A DNA stretch of 25,988 nt from a virus (lineage: Duplodnaviria; Caudoviricetes). The stretch spans positions 1 through 25,988 of the IMG/VR virus record IMGVR_UViG_3300044268_002704. One strand, 5' to 3'. Below, one piece after another: positions 1-6,397 of the stretch (position 1 is the stretch's first letter; each line of letters opens with the position of its first letter). Position numbers and translations under genes: made by a program. The notes under the pieces were generated by a model. The model was not told where the DNA came from. It saw nothing but the letters and a program-made list of their open reading frames with translations, and ran no database searches.

Positions 1-362
1 GGAAAGTCTATCCCCGCAGCTCCTTCTCTGGAAGGGAGTTTGATGTGGTGTGTAATGGGTGGCGAATGATGAACAGGGCCATAGATATGTTCTGGAAATA
101 ACTCGAGCCACGTTTTCAGCGTAGTGGTTTTTAACATCGGATAGGAGTTTCTTACAATAACAAACCGAGAATATTTTATGCCATCTCTAGGACTTGGTTT
201 TTGTTGTATCGCTCTTTTAAAAATTTCAGCACAACACGCATAGGATTTACCTGAACCGACAGGACCGATCAATCCTCTAACAAAACTTTTATCCTGTAGA
301 AACTTCCAGATCGTAGGCGATTTGCTAAAGTCAAGTTTGAGTCCTGGTATGTTATTCTGCAT
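1..362 (-). CDS. terL: Terminase large subunit, N-terminal part (runs off the window)
   Basis: Manual translation from ATG at 362: MQNNIPGLKLDFSKSPTIWKFLQDKSFVRGLIGPVGSGKSYACCAEIF...RFVIVRNSYPMLKTTT. Walker A GPVGSGKS; lies downstream of terS. Not in the ORF track. Confidence 0.92.
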   Translation of the reverse strand, partial: MQNNIPGLKLDFSKSPTIWKFLQDKSFVRGLIGPVGSGKSYACCAEIFKRAIQQKPSPRDGIKYSRFVIVRNSYPMLKTTTLKTWLELFPEHIYGPVHHSPPITHHIKLPSREGAAGIDF

Positions 363-1473
363 CTATGATACTCCTGAAGATTTGTTCTGCGATTTGTGGC
401 ACGATTGAGTTTCCGAGTGCTTTAATTCTGTTGGTTCTATCTGAGTGTAATTCATAGGATACCCCATTAGGAACTCCACGAAGTTTGGATTCAGTTTGCC
501 ACCAGGTTGCGGTGGGTTTTTCTCCTGCATTAAGTTTCCCACTATTGAGCTTCTGTTCTTCTTGCGAAGGATAAAACCCCCAGATTTTGTTCTCTCCACT
601 CTCTTTGATTGTTCCCCTCCTACTTCGCAACCTACTGTCGGTGTTGGATACATTGTTTCGTAACGGACTCTTGATGCTAAATTTGACATCTTCTTTTGAA
701 AATTTTTCTGGTCCATTTCCCTTGTTGTCTGCGGTGGTGTGCGATCCTCGTATTGAGCTGGTGTTGGATACATTGCCATTGTCTGTGGGTCTATTTGTTC
801 TCTCAGATTGGAGGGACGAGTTCTCCCTTTTCTGTGACCCTGTTGCAGTTTGAGTGTTCCCTCTTTGCTCCTTGGTGGTAGATGATCCATTGTGTTGGGA
901 GTCGCATACATGTGATTCCCCCAACTCCCTTGATCTCTCTTGTACATACTGGGAGCACCTTGATTCGCAGTTGCTGTTGGAGTGTGCAACAATCCAGACT
1001 CGGTTTCGTTGATGCCACGCACCGATGCCACTAGCTGGAATAACAAAACATTGGACTTTGAAACCTTCACTTTCCAAGTCATTGTGCACCTGTCGGAGGA
1101 CCATGCCGTCTTCGATGTTAATAATGCCTTGCACATTTTCCCCAATAACCCACCTTGGTTTAACCTCGGAAATGACTCGTAACATTTCTGGCCAGAGATA
1201 GCGGTCATCGTCTGTTCCCTCTCTCTTTCCCGCAACGGAGAAAGGTTGACAGGGGAATCCTCCTGAAATAATGGTAGCTGCACCAAAGTCTTTTCCATTA
1301 ACTTTCCTTATATCGTCTATGATCGGAACATCGCTCCAATGCTTTTTTAAAACTTTTTGACAAAATTCATCCTTTTCTATAAACCCTATTGTTTCAATTC
1401 CATTTCGTTCAGCACCTAAACTAAAACCTCCTATACCTGAAAACAGATCTAATAATTTATGATTTGTCCTCAC
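352..1473 (-). CDS. DNA (cytosine-5) methyltransferase, catalytic (alpha-type) polypeptide
   Basis: Motif I LDLFSGIGG, IV GGFPCQPFS, VI ENV, VIII HQRNRVW and X RIKALGNSIVPQ. No recognisable motif IX; the segment between VIII and X is low-complexity. Confidence 0.93.
   Translation of the reverse strand: MRTNHKLLDLFSGIGGFSLGAERNGIETIGFIEKDEFCQKVLKKHWSDVPIIDDIRKVNGKDFGAATIISGGFPCQPFSVAGKREGTDDDRYLWPEMLRVISEVKPRWVIGENVQGIINIEDGMVLRQVHNDLESEGFKVQCFVIPASGIGAWHQRNRVWIVAHSNSNCESRCSQYVQERSRELGESHVCDSQHNGSSTTKEQRGNTQTATGSQKRENSSLQSERTNRPTDNGNVSNTSSIRGSHTTADNKGNGPEKFSKEDVKFSIKSPLRNNVSNTDSRLRSRRGTIKESGENKIWGFYPSQEEQKLNSGKLNAGEKPTATWWQTESKLRGVPNGVSYELHSDRTNRIKALGNSIVPQIAEQIFRSIIDAE
363..1298 (-). CDS. 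Nested alternative-frame methyltransferase partner (beta-type) with motif IX and TRD-like repeats
   Basis: 311 codons open inside the MTase gene in another frame. RBS AAGGA 6 nt before the ATG. Motif IX-like LNPNFVEFLMGYPMNYT (444-494). Four units LLHTP/MYATP/MYPTP/MYPTP. Its stop TAG directly abuts the terL ATG. Confidence 0.8.
   Translation of the reverse strand: MEKTLVQLPLFQEDSPVNLSPLREREREQTMTAISGQKCYESFPRLNQGGLLGKMCKALLTSKTAWSSDRCTMTWKVKVSKSNVLLFQLVASVRGINETESGLLHTPTATANQGAPSMYKRDQGSWGNHMYATPNTMDHLPPRSKEGTLKLQQGHRKGRTRPSNLREQIDPQTMAMYPTPAQYEDRTPPQTTREMDQKNFQKKMSNLASRVRYETMYPTPTVGCEVGGEQSKRVERTKSGGFILRKKNRSSIVGNLMQEKNPPQPGGKLNPNFVEFLMGYPMNYTQIEPTELKHSETQSCHKSQNKSSGVS
640..775. repeat. 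16-bp exact direct repeat GGTGTTGGATACATTG (640-655, 760-775)
   Basis: Read directly; 120-bp period; encodes MYPTP in the nested frame. Confidence 0.9.
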
Positions 1474-1864
1474 TCGGACCTACCATCTTTATATCAATCA
1501 CCGCTGGTTTATCCGCATCCTGTTCTGCATCCAGCAACCCAGCCGACTTTGCTAACATCTGCAACACTCTCACCTTATCAATCATCTCAATATCCAACGT
1601 GCCATCTTGTAAAATACGAATCCTCTTAATCGCACCCAACGCTGATTTAGGAATATCCTTTATATCCCTGACCTCCGTTATCGTCTTGCCTTTCTCATCC
1701 GTACTCCAAGACACAATGTCCGTAATGTTCGCAGTCCCTAAATTAATCAGCTCTTGAGCCAACGATTCTCGATTCTGATAAATCACCTCACTCCCCTTGA
1801 TCCTTCGTTTGATCTGACGAACAGAAGCAAAATTTTTCAAATTAGGTAAGACTCGTTTCACCAT
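1457..1864 (-). CDS. terS: Terminase small subunit
   Basis: Size, position upstream of terL, and pattern ANITDIVSW...IKRI...IEMIDKVRVLQMLAKSAGLL typical of TerS. Confidence 0.75.
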   Translation of the reverse strand: MVKRVLPNLKNFASVRQIKRRIKGSEVIYQNRESLAQELINLGTANITDIVSWSTDEKGKTITEVRDIKDIPKSALGAIKRIRILQDGTLDIEMIDKVRVLQMLAKSAGLLDAEQDADKPAVIDIKMVGPSEDKS

Positions 1865-2116
1865 CTAGTAATCCATCCCATCCGAGAACCTCTGAGGATT
1901 TGACGAAGGTTGTTGATTATTGTTTTCTCTTGGTTTGAGTAACATCGCTCTCGTTACCAACTGTCCTCGATCGTTCATCTCTGGTAATGGCAAAGAGTTA
2001 AATAGCAAATCCCAGCCACCCGTTTTTTCATTTTTAAAAGCAGTACCTATCGTATGCCAAATAGTTTTCCCGTCCTTACCATTGCGAGGACAAGTGATAT
2101 TCATTTTTTCTTTCAT
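1865..2116 (-). CDS. Small putative ssDNA-binding protein
   Basis: W-x2-IG-x-AF...LxxLP beta-rich core with an N/Q-rich linker and acidic/aromatic tail (SDGMDY); RBS AGGAG. Confidence 0.5.
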   Translation of the reverse strand: MKEKMNITCPRNGKDGKTIWHTIGTAFKNEKTGGWDLLFNSLPLPEMNDRGQLVTRAMLLKPRENNNQQPSSNPQRFSDGMDY

Positions 2117-2153
2117 AAAAGCTCCTGGTTAAAAGTTGAAAAATATTTTTGTG

Positions 2154-2222
2154 GTATCCCCCTACTACTATACGCAGGGGGGAGGGGGTGTATACGCCTT
2201 GCAGACCGGCACTTTTTTTTTT
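2154..2222. other. G/C-tract element upstream of the packaging operon (possible packaging or regulatory site)
   Basis: C5 (2158-2162), G6 (2177-2182), G5 (2184-2188) and T10 (2213-2222) in an AT-rich intergenic region. Confidence 0.3.
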
Positions 2223-2300
2223 GCGTAACGTAAGCTTTTGTCATACGAATATAAAATAAATAATTCCTAGAGGGTCGTCTATCGTTTATACAATTATTAT

Positions 2301-3215
2301 TCATCGATGTATATTCCTGAGTTTTTTAGCTAAGTCTTTAATTAGTTCAGCTGGCGTTCCCTCTTTCTCATCTAAGGAACTCAGTACTAATCCAAGAGGA
2401 TAGCTTGGTAGTTTCTGTTGGTTGCGTTCAAACCTTAATAATATTCTTTTGATTGTCTGCATTAAAACTTTACTTGGAATCTTATACTTCATGATCTTAG
2501 TCATTTGACTCCAGTCCTTTTGATTAGGAATAAATTGAGATTTGTAGACTTCAAAATGTATTACTTTGAACATCCTCATCAATACCATCTCATTAACTTC
2601 TTCTTCTCTAATAGAGTTATTTTTATTATTATTAATTGAGTCTAGTTCTATGAGTCTAGTTTTAGTTGTCCTTTCAACAACTTTTGAGTTGTCCTTTAGA
2701 CAACTTGTTTGGTCTTTTTTTACATGTTTCATCAAGTGTTTTATTGTATCATTTTCTTCTGCAATTTGGAGCTTTGGATCGTTGTTTAAAGCGATAGATT
2801 TGATCTCTTTATCCGATGCAATTGGATCATATAAGATACGATAGATTGATGATTTATGTGTTACATTTTGATAAAGTGGTGATCCTTTTCTGAGTCTTTT
2901 GATGTATCCCCAATCGATAAGTTTAGCAATGACTCTTGAGATATTACCTTTGTTACTTTGTGTTTGTCTGGCGATGTAATCGTAAGTGGGAAAACAGACT
3001 CCTGTGTAGTTATCAGCAAGAGAACACAATACGGATAAGACCAGGTATGTTTGAGGTTTTCGACAGATTCTTTTATCATTCAACGCTCGTCTGGGAACAA
3101 CTGTAAATGGACCGCCCTGATAGATAGAAACCACATCATGCTTTCCGTTGCTGAGTATTTTTCGCTTTCTTTTATCTTCGTAATCAGTAGGTTTATTCAT
3201 AGCAAGGTTAGACAT
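2301..3215 (-). CDS. Phage replication initiator with N-terminal winged helix
   Basis: FTVVP...YLVLSVLCSLAD...GVCFPTYDYIARQT...ISRVIAKLIDWGYI is typical of lambda O/DnaD-like initiator N-termini; iteron-like repeats lie in the linker. Confidence 0.75.
   Translation of the reverse strand: MSNLAMNKPTDYEDKRKRKILSNGKHDVVSIYQGGPFTVVPRRALNDKRICRKPQTYLVLSVLCSLADNYTGVCFPTYDYIARQTQSNKGNISRVIAKLIDWGYIKRLRKGSPLYQNVTHKSSIYRILYDPIASDKEIKSIALNNDPKLQIAEENDTIKHLMKHVKKDQTSCLKDNSKVVERTTKTRLIELDSINNNKNNSIREEEVNEMVLMRMFKVIHFEVYKSQFIPNQKDWSQMTKIMKYKIPSKVLMQTIKRILLRFERNQQKLPSYPLGLVLSSLDEKEGTPAELIKDLAKKLRNIHR
2611..2706. other. Putative replication origin: two palindromic iterons, a 10-bp repeat and an AT-rich tract
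   Basis: AGTTGTCCTTTCAACAACTT (2664-2683) and AGTTGTCCTTTAGACAACTT (2687-2706); GAGTCTAGTT at 2638 and 2652; AT-rich 2611-2637. Confidence 0.6.
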
Positions 3216-3444
3216 AATCGGATTCTTTAAGTTCTTTGATTGCTATTGCTTCATAGCTTTTGACATGATCGTTTATGAGTTGTTGTAATAATGCACCATA
3301 GCTCAGACAGTTAAGTTCCTTGGACAGATACTTAGTTTGTATTTGTTGAACATTGAGCTTTTCTTCTTGTAAACACCACAGCAAAAACTCTACTGTTTCT
3401 GTAACAATGAGTCGGTAGGTTTCACTATTTTTATTGATCTTCAT
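3208..3444 (-). CDS. Hypothetical protein
   Basis: 78 aa; RBS GAGGT; overlaps both neighbours. Confidence 0.65.
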   Translation of the reverse strand: MKINKNSETYRLIVTETVEFLLWCLQEEKLNVQQIQTKYLSKELNCLSYGALLQQLINDHVKSYEAIAIKELKESDYV

Positions 3445-3775
3445 TTTTTACCTCTGTATCGCTTGGCAAGTCATTTAAATCATATTGTATTGGACGGACA
3501 TTGTTTGCTTCCTGGTGGCTCTTAATTTCGTTTTGAAGACACATTTGATAACGAGAAAGATACCATTGGGATTTTTTAAGATCCTCGAGTTCTTTTTCTT
3601 TTCTTTGAATGGTTGGTAAGTGTTTGTGTTTATGTTTAAATCGGTAAGTATACTTGTAATGTGAACCGAGCAAGAACGCTTTGAATCCAGAAGTGCCTAA
3701 ACGATCCTCGATAAATTCGATATTGCTGATGCGACCTTGTTGATAGTGTTTTGGATTGATGTTATTTTTTGTCAT
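3431..3775 (-). CDS. DUF3310 family protein (T7 gp1.7-like nucleotide kinase domain)
   Basis: NINPKHY...IEFIE...FLLG..YKYTYRFKHK...EDLKKSQWYL. Confidence 0.8.
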   Translation of the reverse strand: MTKNNINPKHYQQGRISNIEFIEDRLGTSGFKAFLLGSHYKYTYRFKHKHKHLPTIQRKEKELEDLKKSQWYLSRYQMCLQNEIKSHQEANNVRPIQYDLNDLPSDTEVKNEDQ

Positions 3776-3965
3776 GTTCTCTTTTTTGTAATTGTTTTAT
3801 AAAATACATTTTATCGTTCATAATTTTATTTCTACAATCAGGACAAATGTTGGCCAAATTGTGTTGATGAGTGAGTGTGCCATAGTGCTGTTCATAAGTA
3901 TTTCTCTTAGTAAAAATCTCTTTTGCATCACACAATTCGCATTGAATTTCGTCTGTAAGGTTCAT
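3762..3965 (-). CDS. Small zinc-binding protein
   Basis: CELC...CPDC. Start moved from 3998 to ATG 3965, which forms an ATGA overlap with the upstream ORF. Confidence 0.65.
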   Translation of the reverse strand: MNLTDEIQCELCDAKEIFTKRNTYEQHYGTLTHQHNLANICPDCRNKIMNDKMYFIKQLQKREHDKK

Positions 3966-4105
3966 GAATTCATCCCTTTGTTTAGGCACTCCATACATAT
4001 AACATTGTGTTTACCTGCTTTGACCATTCTTAGATCTGTAAAGAGTTGTTTAGAGTTTTCATAATATTCTTTCTTTCCACATAAAGAGCATTTAATATAG
4101 ATCAT
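3962..4105 (-). CDS. 47-aa zinc-ribbon protein (not in the ORF track)
   Basis: MIYIKCSLCGKKEYYENSKQLFTDLRMVKAGKHNVICMECLNKGMNS; ATGA overlaps at both ends. Confidence 0.75.
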   Translation of the reverse strand: MIYIKCSLCGKKEYYENSKQLFTDLRMVKAGKHNVICMECLNKGMNS

Positions 4106-4422
4106 ATTTCATGAATGATTACGTTGTATTGTGCTTCGGTAAGTTTCTTTTTTAATTTATAGACTTGAGTTCTATACCCCTTTACATCTTCATAAATGAT
4201 CGTGCCGAGTTTATGATCATAATAAGCAAAATCAGCGGTGTAGGTACAAATAAACTTTTCATTGAGTATTATTTTAAATTTGGGTTGTAAAATTAAATCA
4301 GAAATAAATTTACTGTTTCTTAACATGGTAAGTTCTCGGTAACGATTAGCTTCTTTTTTTGAGTGAAAGCGAATGTCATCAACAACAGTAATGGTGTTAC
4401 GATATTTATTAAATGCGTTCAT
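4102..4422 (-). CDS. DUF1064 family PD-(D/E)xK endonuclease-like protein
   Basis: NKYRN...DDIRFHSKKEANRY...LQPKF...YTADFAY...EDVKG...YKLKKKL. Confidence 0.85.
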   Translation of the reverse strand: MNAFNKYRNTITVVDDIRFHSKKEANRYRELTMLRNSKFISDLILQPKFKIILNEKFICTYTADFAYYDHKLGTIIYEDVKGYRTQVYKLKKKLTEAQYNVIIHEI

Positions 4423-4706
4423 TTTTTTTGGAGCAAAAAAGGTTTTGCGAAGGCAGGGGGAATCAAATGTTCTTGCACTCGTTTGATAGATAATTTGTCT
4501 TGTGGGGTAGGGCGATGCTGAAATTTTTTACGGGCATCTTTTTTATCATAACAGACATAGCCTTCGACATTGGGTAAGCGTTTTTTCAACGTGTCTAATA
4601 TGTAAATTACATCGCTACATTGATTAAGCTTTCCAATATATTGCTCTTCGAGGTTGGTCGGATCGTTGCCAATCAATATAAATAAAAAGACTGCTTCTTT
4701 AATCAT
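4419..4706 (-). CDS. Hypothetical protein
   Basis: 95 aa; overlaps both neighbours. Confidence 0.65.
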   Translation of the reverse strand: MIKEAVFLFILIGNDPTNLEEQYIGKLNQCSDVIYILDTLKKRLPNVEGYVCYDKKDARKKFQHRPTPQDKLSIKRVQEHLIPPAFAKPFLLQKK

Positions 4707-4863
4707 GGGATAAAACTTGTTTTATTAGGGGTTTCTGATCCATTTTAACGCCCTCAGAGACGAAGTGATCGATCAATCGATTCATAGAAATACGATTACT
4801 TTTTGATTGCTCTTTCAGCTTTAAATAGGTTGCATCGCTTATACGAATATTCATTTGTCGCAT
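4699..4863 (-). CDS. 54-aa Arc-like ribbon-helix-helix DNA-binding protein (not in the ORF track)
   Basis: MRQMNIRISDATYLKLKEQSKSNRISMNRLIDHFVSEGVKMDQKPLIKQVLSHD; alternating beta-strand MNIRI, helix, then S-M-N turn as in Arc/Mnt; TAATG overlap upstream. Confidence 0.8.
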   Translation of the reverse strand: MRQMNIRISDATYLKLKEQSKSNRISMNRLIDHFVSEGVKMDQKPLIKQVLSHD

Positions 4864-5054
4864 TACTGACATACCTGATGAAAGGCTGTGAATCCATAAA
4901 CAGTAATAGCGGGTCTATTTTGTGCCGGACTTATTCCTTTATATTTAAAAGCACAATCATAGGTTGCATTATTGTGCAGCGTTTGCTTCATAAATTGTAT
5001 ATTTTCTGGGTTCACTAAATTAAACACAAATAAAATTGTAAAAAAAATTGTCAT
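4863..5054 (-). CDS. Hypothetical protein with hydrophobic N-terminus
   Basis: 63 aa; RBS AGGAG; first gene of the leftward operon. Confidence 0.7.
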   Translation of the reverse strand: MTIFFTILFVFNLVNPENIQFMKQTLHNNATYDCAFKYKGISPAQNRPAITVYGFTAFHQVCQ

Positions 5055-5069
5055 TCACTTCTCCTATTG

Positions 5070-5124
5070 AACTAGAGAGAGCCAATATTATAGGGGGTAA
5101 GGACTAAAACATCTCTCTCTAGTT
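5070..5124. repeat. 12-bp perfect inverted repeat with a 31-nt loop
   Basis: AACTAGAGAGAG (5070-5081) and CTCTCTCTAGTT (5113-5124). Confidence 0.85.
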
Positions 5125-5136
5125 TTATTTATAATC

Positions 5137-5176
5137 GCTAGATTTAACTGGAAACAAAAAAAAAGTTACATCTAGC
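5137..5176. promoter_or_regulatory. Candidate operator between divergent promoters
   Basis: GCTAGATTTAAC-N16-GTTACATCTAGC, an 11/12 inverted repeat. Confidence 0.5.
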
Positions 5177-5178
5177 TC

Positions 5179-5211
5179 TTGTATAACATAGCATAATACT
5201 ATATATATAAT
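5179..5211 (+). promoter_or_regulatory. Candidate sigma70 promoter for the rightward operon
   Basis: TTGTAT-N17-TATATA, with TATAAT at 5206-5211. Confidence 0.45.
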
Positions 5212-5241
5212 AGTAGGCATTTTTGCCTAGTGGCAATTAAG

Positions 5242-5504
5242 CCAAAAGAAAGGAAACATAAATGAAAACAATGAGTAAAGAAGAATCAATGTTATCAGAC
5301 TTAGAAATGAGTGCTAGTTCATTAGAAAGATATTTTAATTTTTTCTATGAAAATGGAGATAAAGAAATAGCTGACAAAGTTTATGATGTTGTTGATTTTA
5401 TTTATGAGCAAATAGAACAAAATCCAAATTACAAATCTATTTATAAATAATAAAACATGGTCAAGGGGCTACACCATAAGTTAGCTCCAAAAGAAAGGAA
5501 ACAT
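5242..5504 (+). repeat. 18-bp exact direct repeat CCAAAAGAAAGGAAACAT containing the RBS (5242-5259, 5487-5504)
   Basis: Read directly; precedes two consecutive genes. Confidence 0.9.
5262..5450 (+). CDS. Small acidic hypothetical protein
   Basis: 62 aa; strong RBS; very AT-rich. Confidence 0.75.
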   Translation: MKTMSKEESMLSDLEMSASSLERYFNFFYENGDKEIADKVYDVVDFIYEQIEQNPNYKSIYK

Positions 5505-5505
5505 T

Positions 5506-6321
5506 ATGAGTATATTTAAAACAACAGAAGGGAAGGAACATAAGGGCAAATTTGTAGGCTACCTTCGAGTGTCCACCGAGGATCAGGATTGTATGCGACA
5601 GACCCATAGTATAAAAAAATATTTAAATGGCGGAGATTATACCCTTTCTTTTTATAAAGAAGAACCCATGTCTGGTGCAACCGATCCTTATACTCGTCCG
5701 CAACTCATGAAAGCAGTTGAGCATTGTCGAAAGCAGAAAGCAACACTTGTGTTTGCGGACTTAGAAAGGTTATGCCGAACCATGTGGATGACGTTACGAT
5801 TTTTAGATGAAACTATCAAACAAAATAGGATTAACTTTATTGTCTGTAACGACCCAAGTATTTCAGAAGATCCCATGCGGTTACACATGAAAGCGTTATT
5901 TTCTGAATGGGAACGTCAAAGAATATCAGAACGAACCAAAGCTACCCTCGATGCGTATCAAGAGCAAATTAAAACGCAAGGGTACTTTCGATCAAAAGAT
6001 AAAGTGATAAATAAAAAAGTAATCAAAGGTCGCAAGATAACAAAGTTAGGAACGCATAGTAAAATGGATAAAGCTAGACAAAAAGCAGGGGAGGTAACGA
6101 TGCAAAAAGCAGACACGTTTGCTCAAGAAATTGCTTTTCATTTAAATGATGCTTACACAAATTGCGTGTCTTTACATGAGATGAGTCACTATCTTAATGA
6201 ACGCAACGTCCCAACGCCGGGACAGCGTTGGAAAAAAAAAAGAGAAAACGCAAAGTGGTATCCATCGAGCGTACGAAATATGTTAAAGCGATTAAAAATA
6301 GGAGAGTATAATGAGAACTAA
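5506..6321 (+). CDS. Serine recombinase (resolvase catalytic domain plus short recombinase DNA-binding domain)
   Basis: GYLRVSTEDQ (catalytic Ser), SGA..RPQL, DLERL, ERQRISERTK and C-terminal LNERNVPTPG...WYPSSV. Confidence 0.92.
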   Translation: MSIFKTTEGKEHKGKFVGYLRVSTEDQDCMRQTHSIKKYLNGGDYTLSFYKEEPMSGATDPYTRPQLMKAVEHCRKQKATLVFADLERLCRTMWMTLRFLDETIKQNRINFIVCNDPSISEDPMRLHMKALFSEWERQRISERTKATLDAYQEQIKTQGYFRSKDKVINKKVIKGRKITKLGTHSKMDKARQKAGEVTMQKADTFAQEIAFHLNDAYTNCVSLHEMSHYLNERNVPTPGQRWKKKRENAKWYPSSVRNMLKRLKIGEYNEN

Positions 6322-6397
6322 TTATGCACCCCCCCCCGAAAATCGTTGGTATCTGCGGGTCTCAGCACCAATGTTCTCAGCCTACGGGAGAATATAA
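6311..6397 (+). CDS. Candidate 28-aa peptide MRTNYAPPPENRWYLRVSAPMFSAYGRI
   Basis: RBS AGGAG upstream; spans a C9 tract; TAATG-coupled to the next gene. Confidence 0.4.
   Translation: MRTNYAPPPENRWYLRVSAPMFSAYGRI

Noticed and set aside
360-365. Amber readthrough or recoding fusing the nested MTase frame to TerL
   Set aside because: The same TAG-ATG junction occurs before terS, and TAG ends several clear genes, so ordinary coupling explains it.
587-1757. + strand ORFs antisense to the MTase and terS, and similar antisense ORFs over the structural genes
   Set aside because: They are shadows of well-supported genes, with no RBS or recognisable motifs.
2154-2162. GTATCCCCC shared with the hairpin insert at 11384-11392
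   Set aside because: Only 9 bp and the flanks differ; not enough to claim a common origin.
2113-2304. 63-aa ORF across the G/C-tract region
   Set aside because: It runs through homopolymer tracts and has no motif; more likely non-coding, although its ATGA overlaps mean it is not fully excluded.
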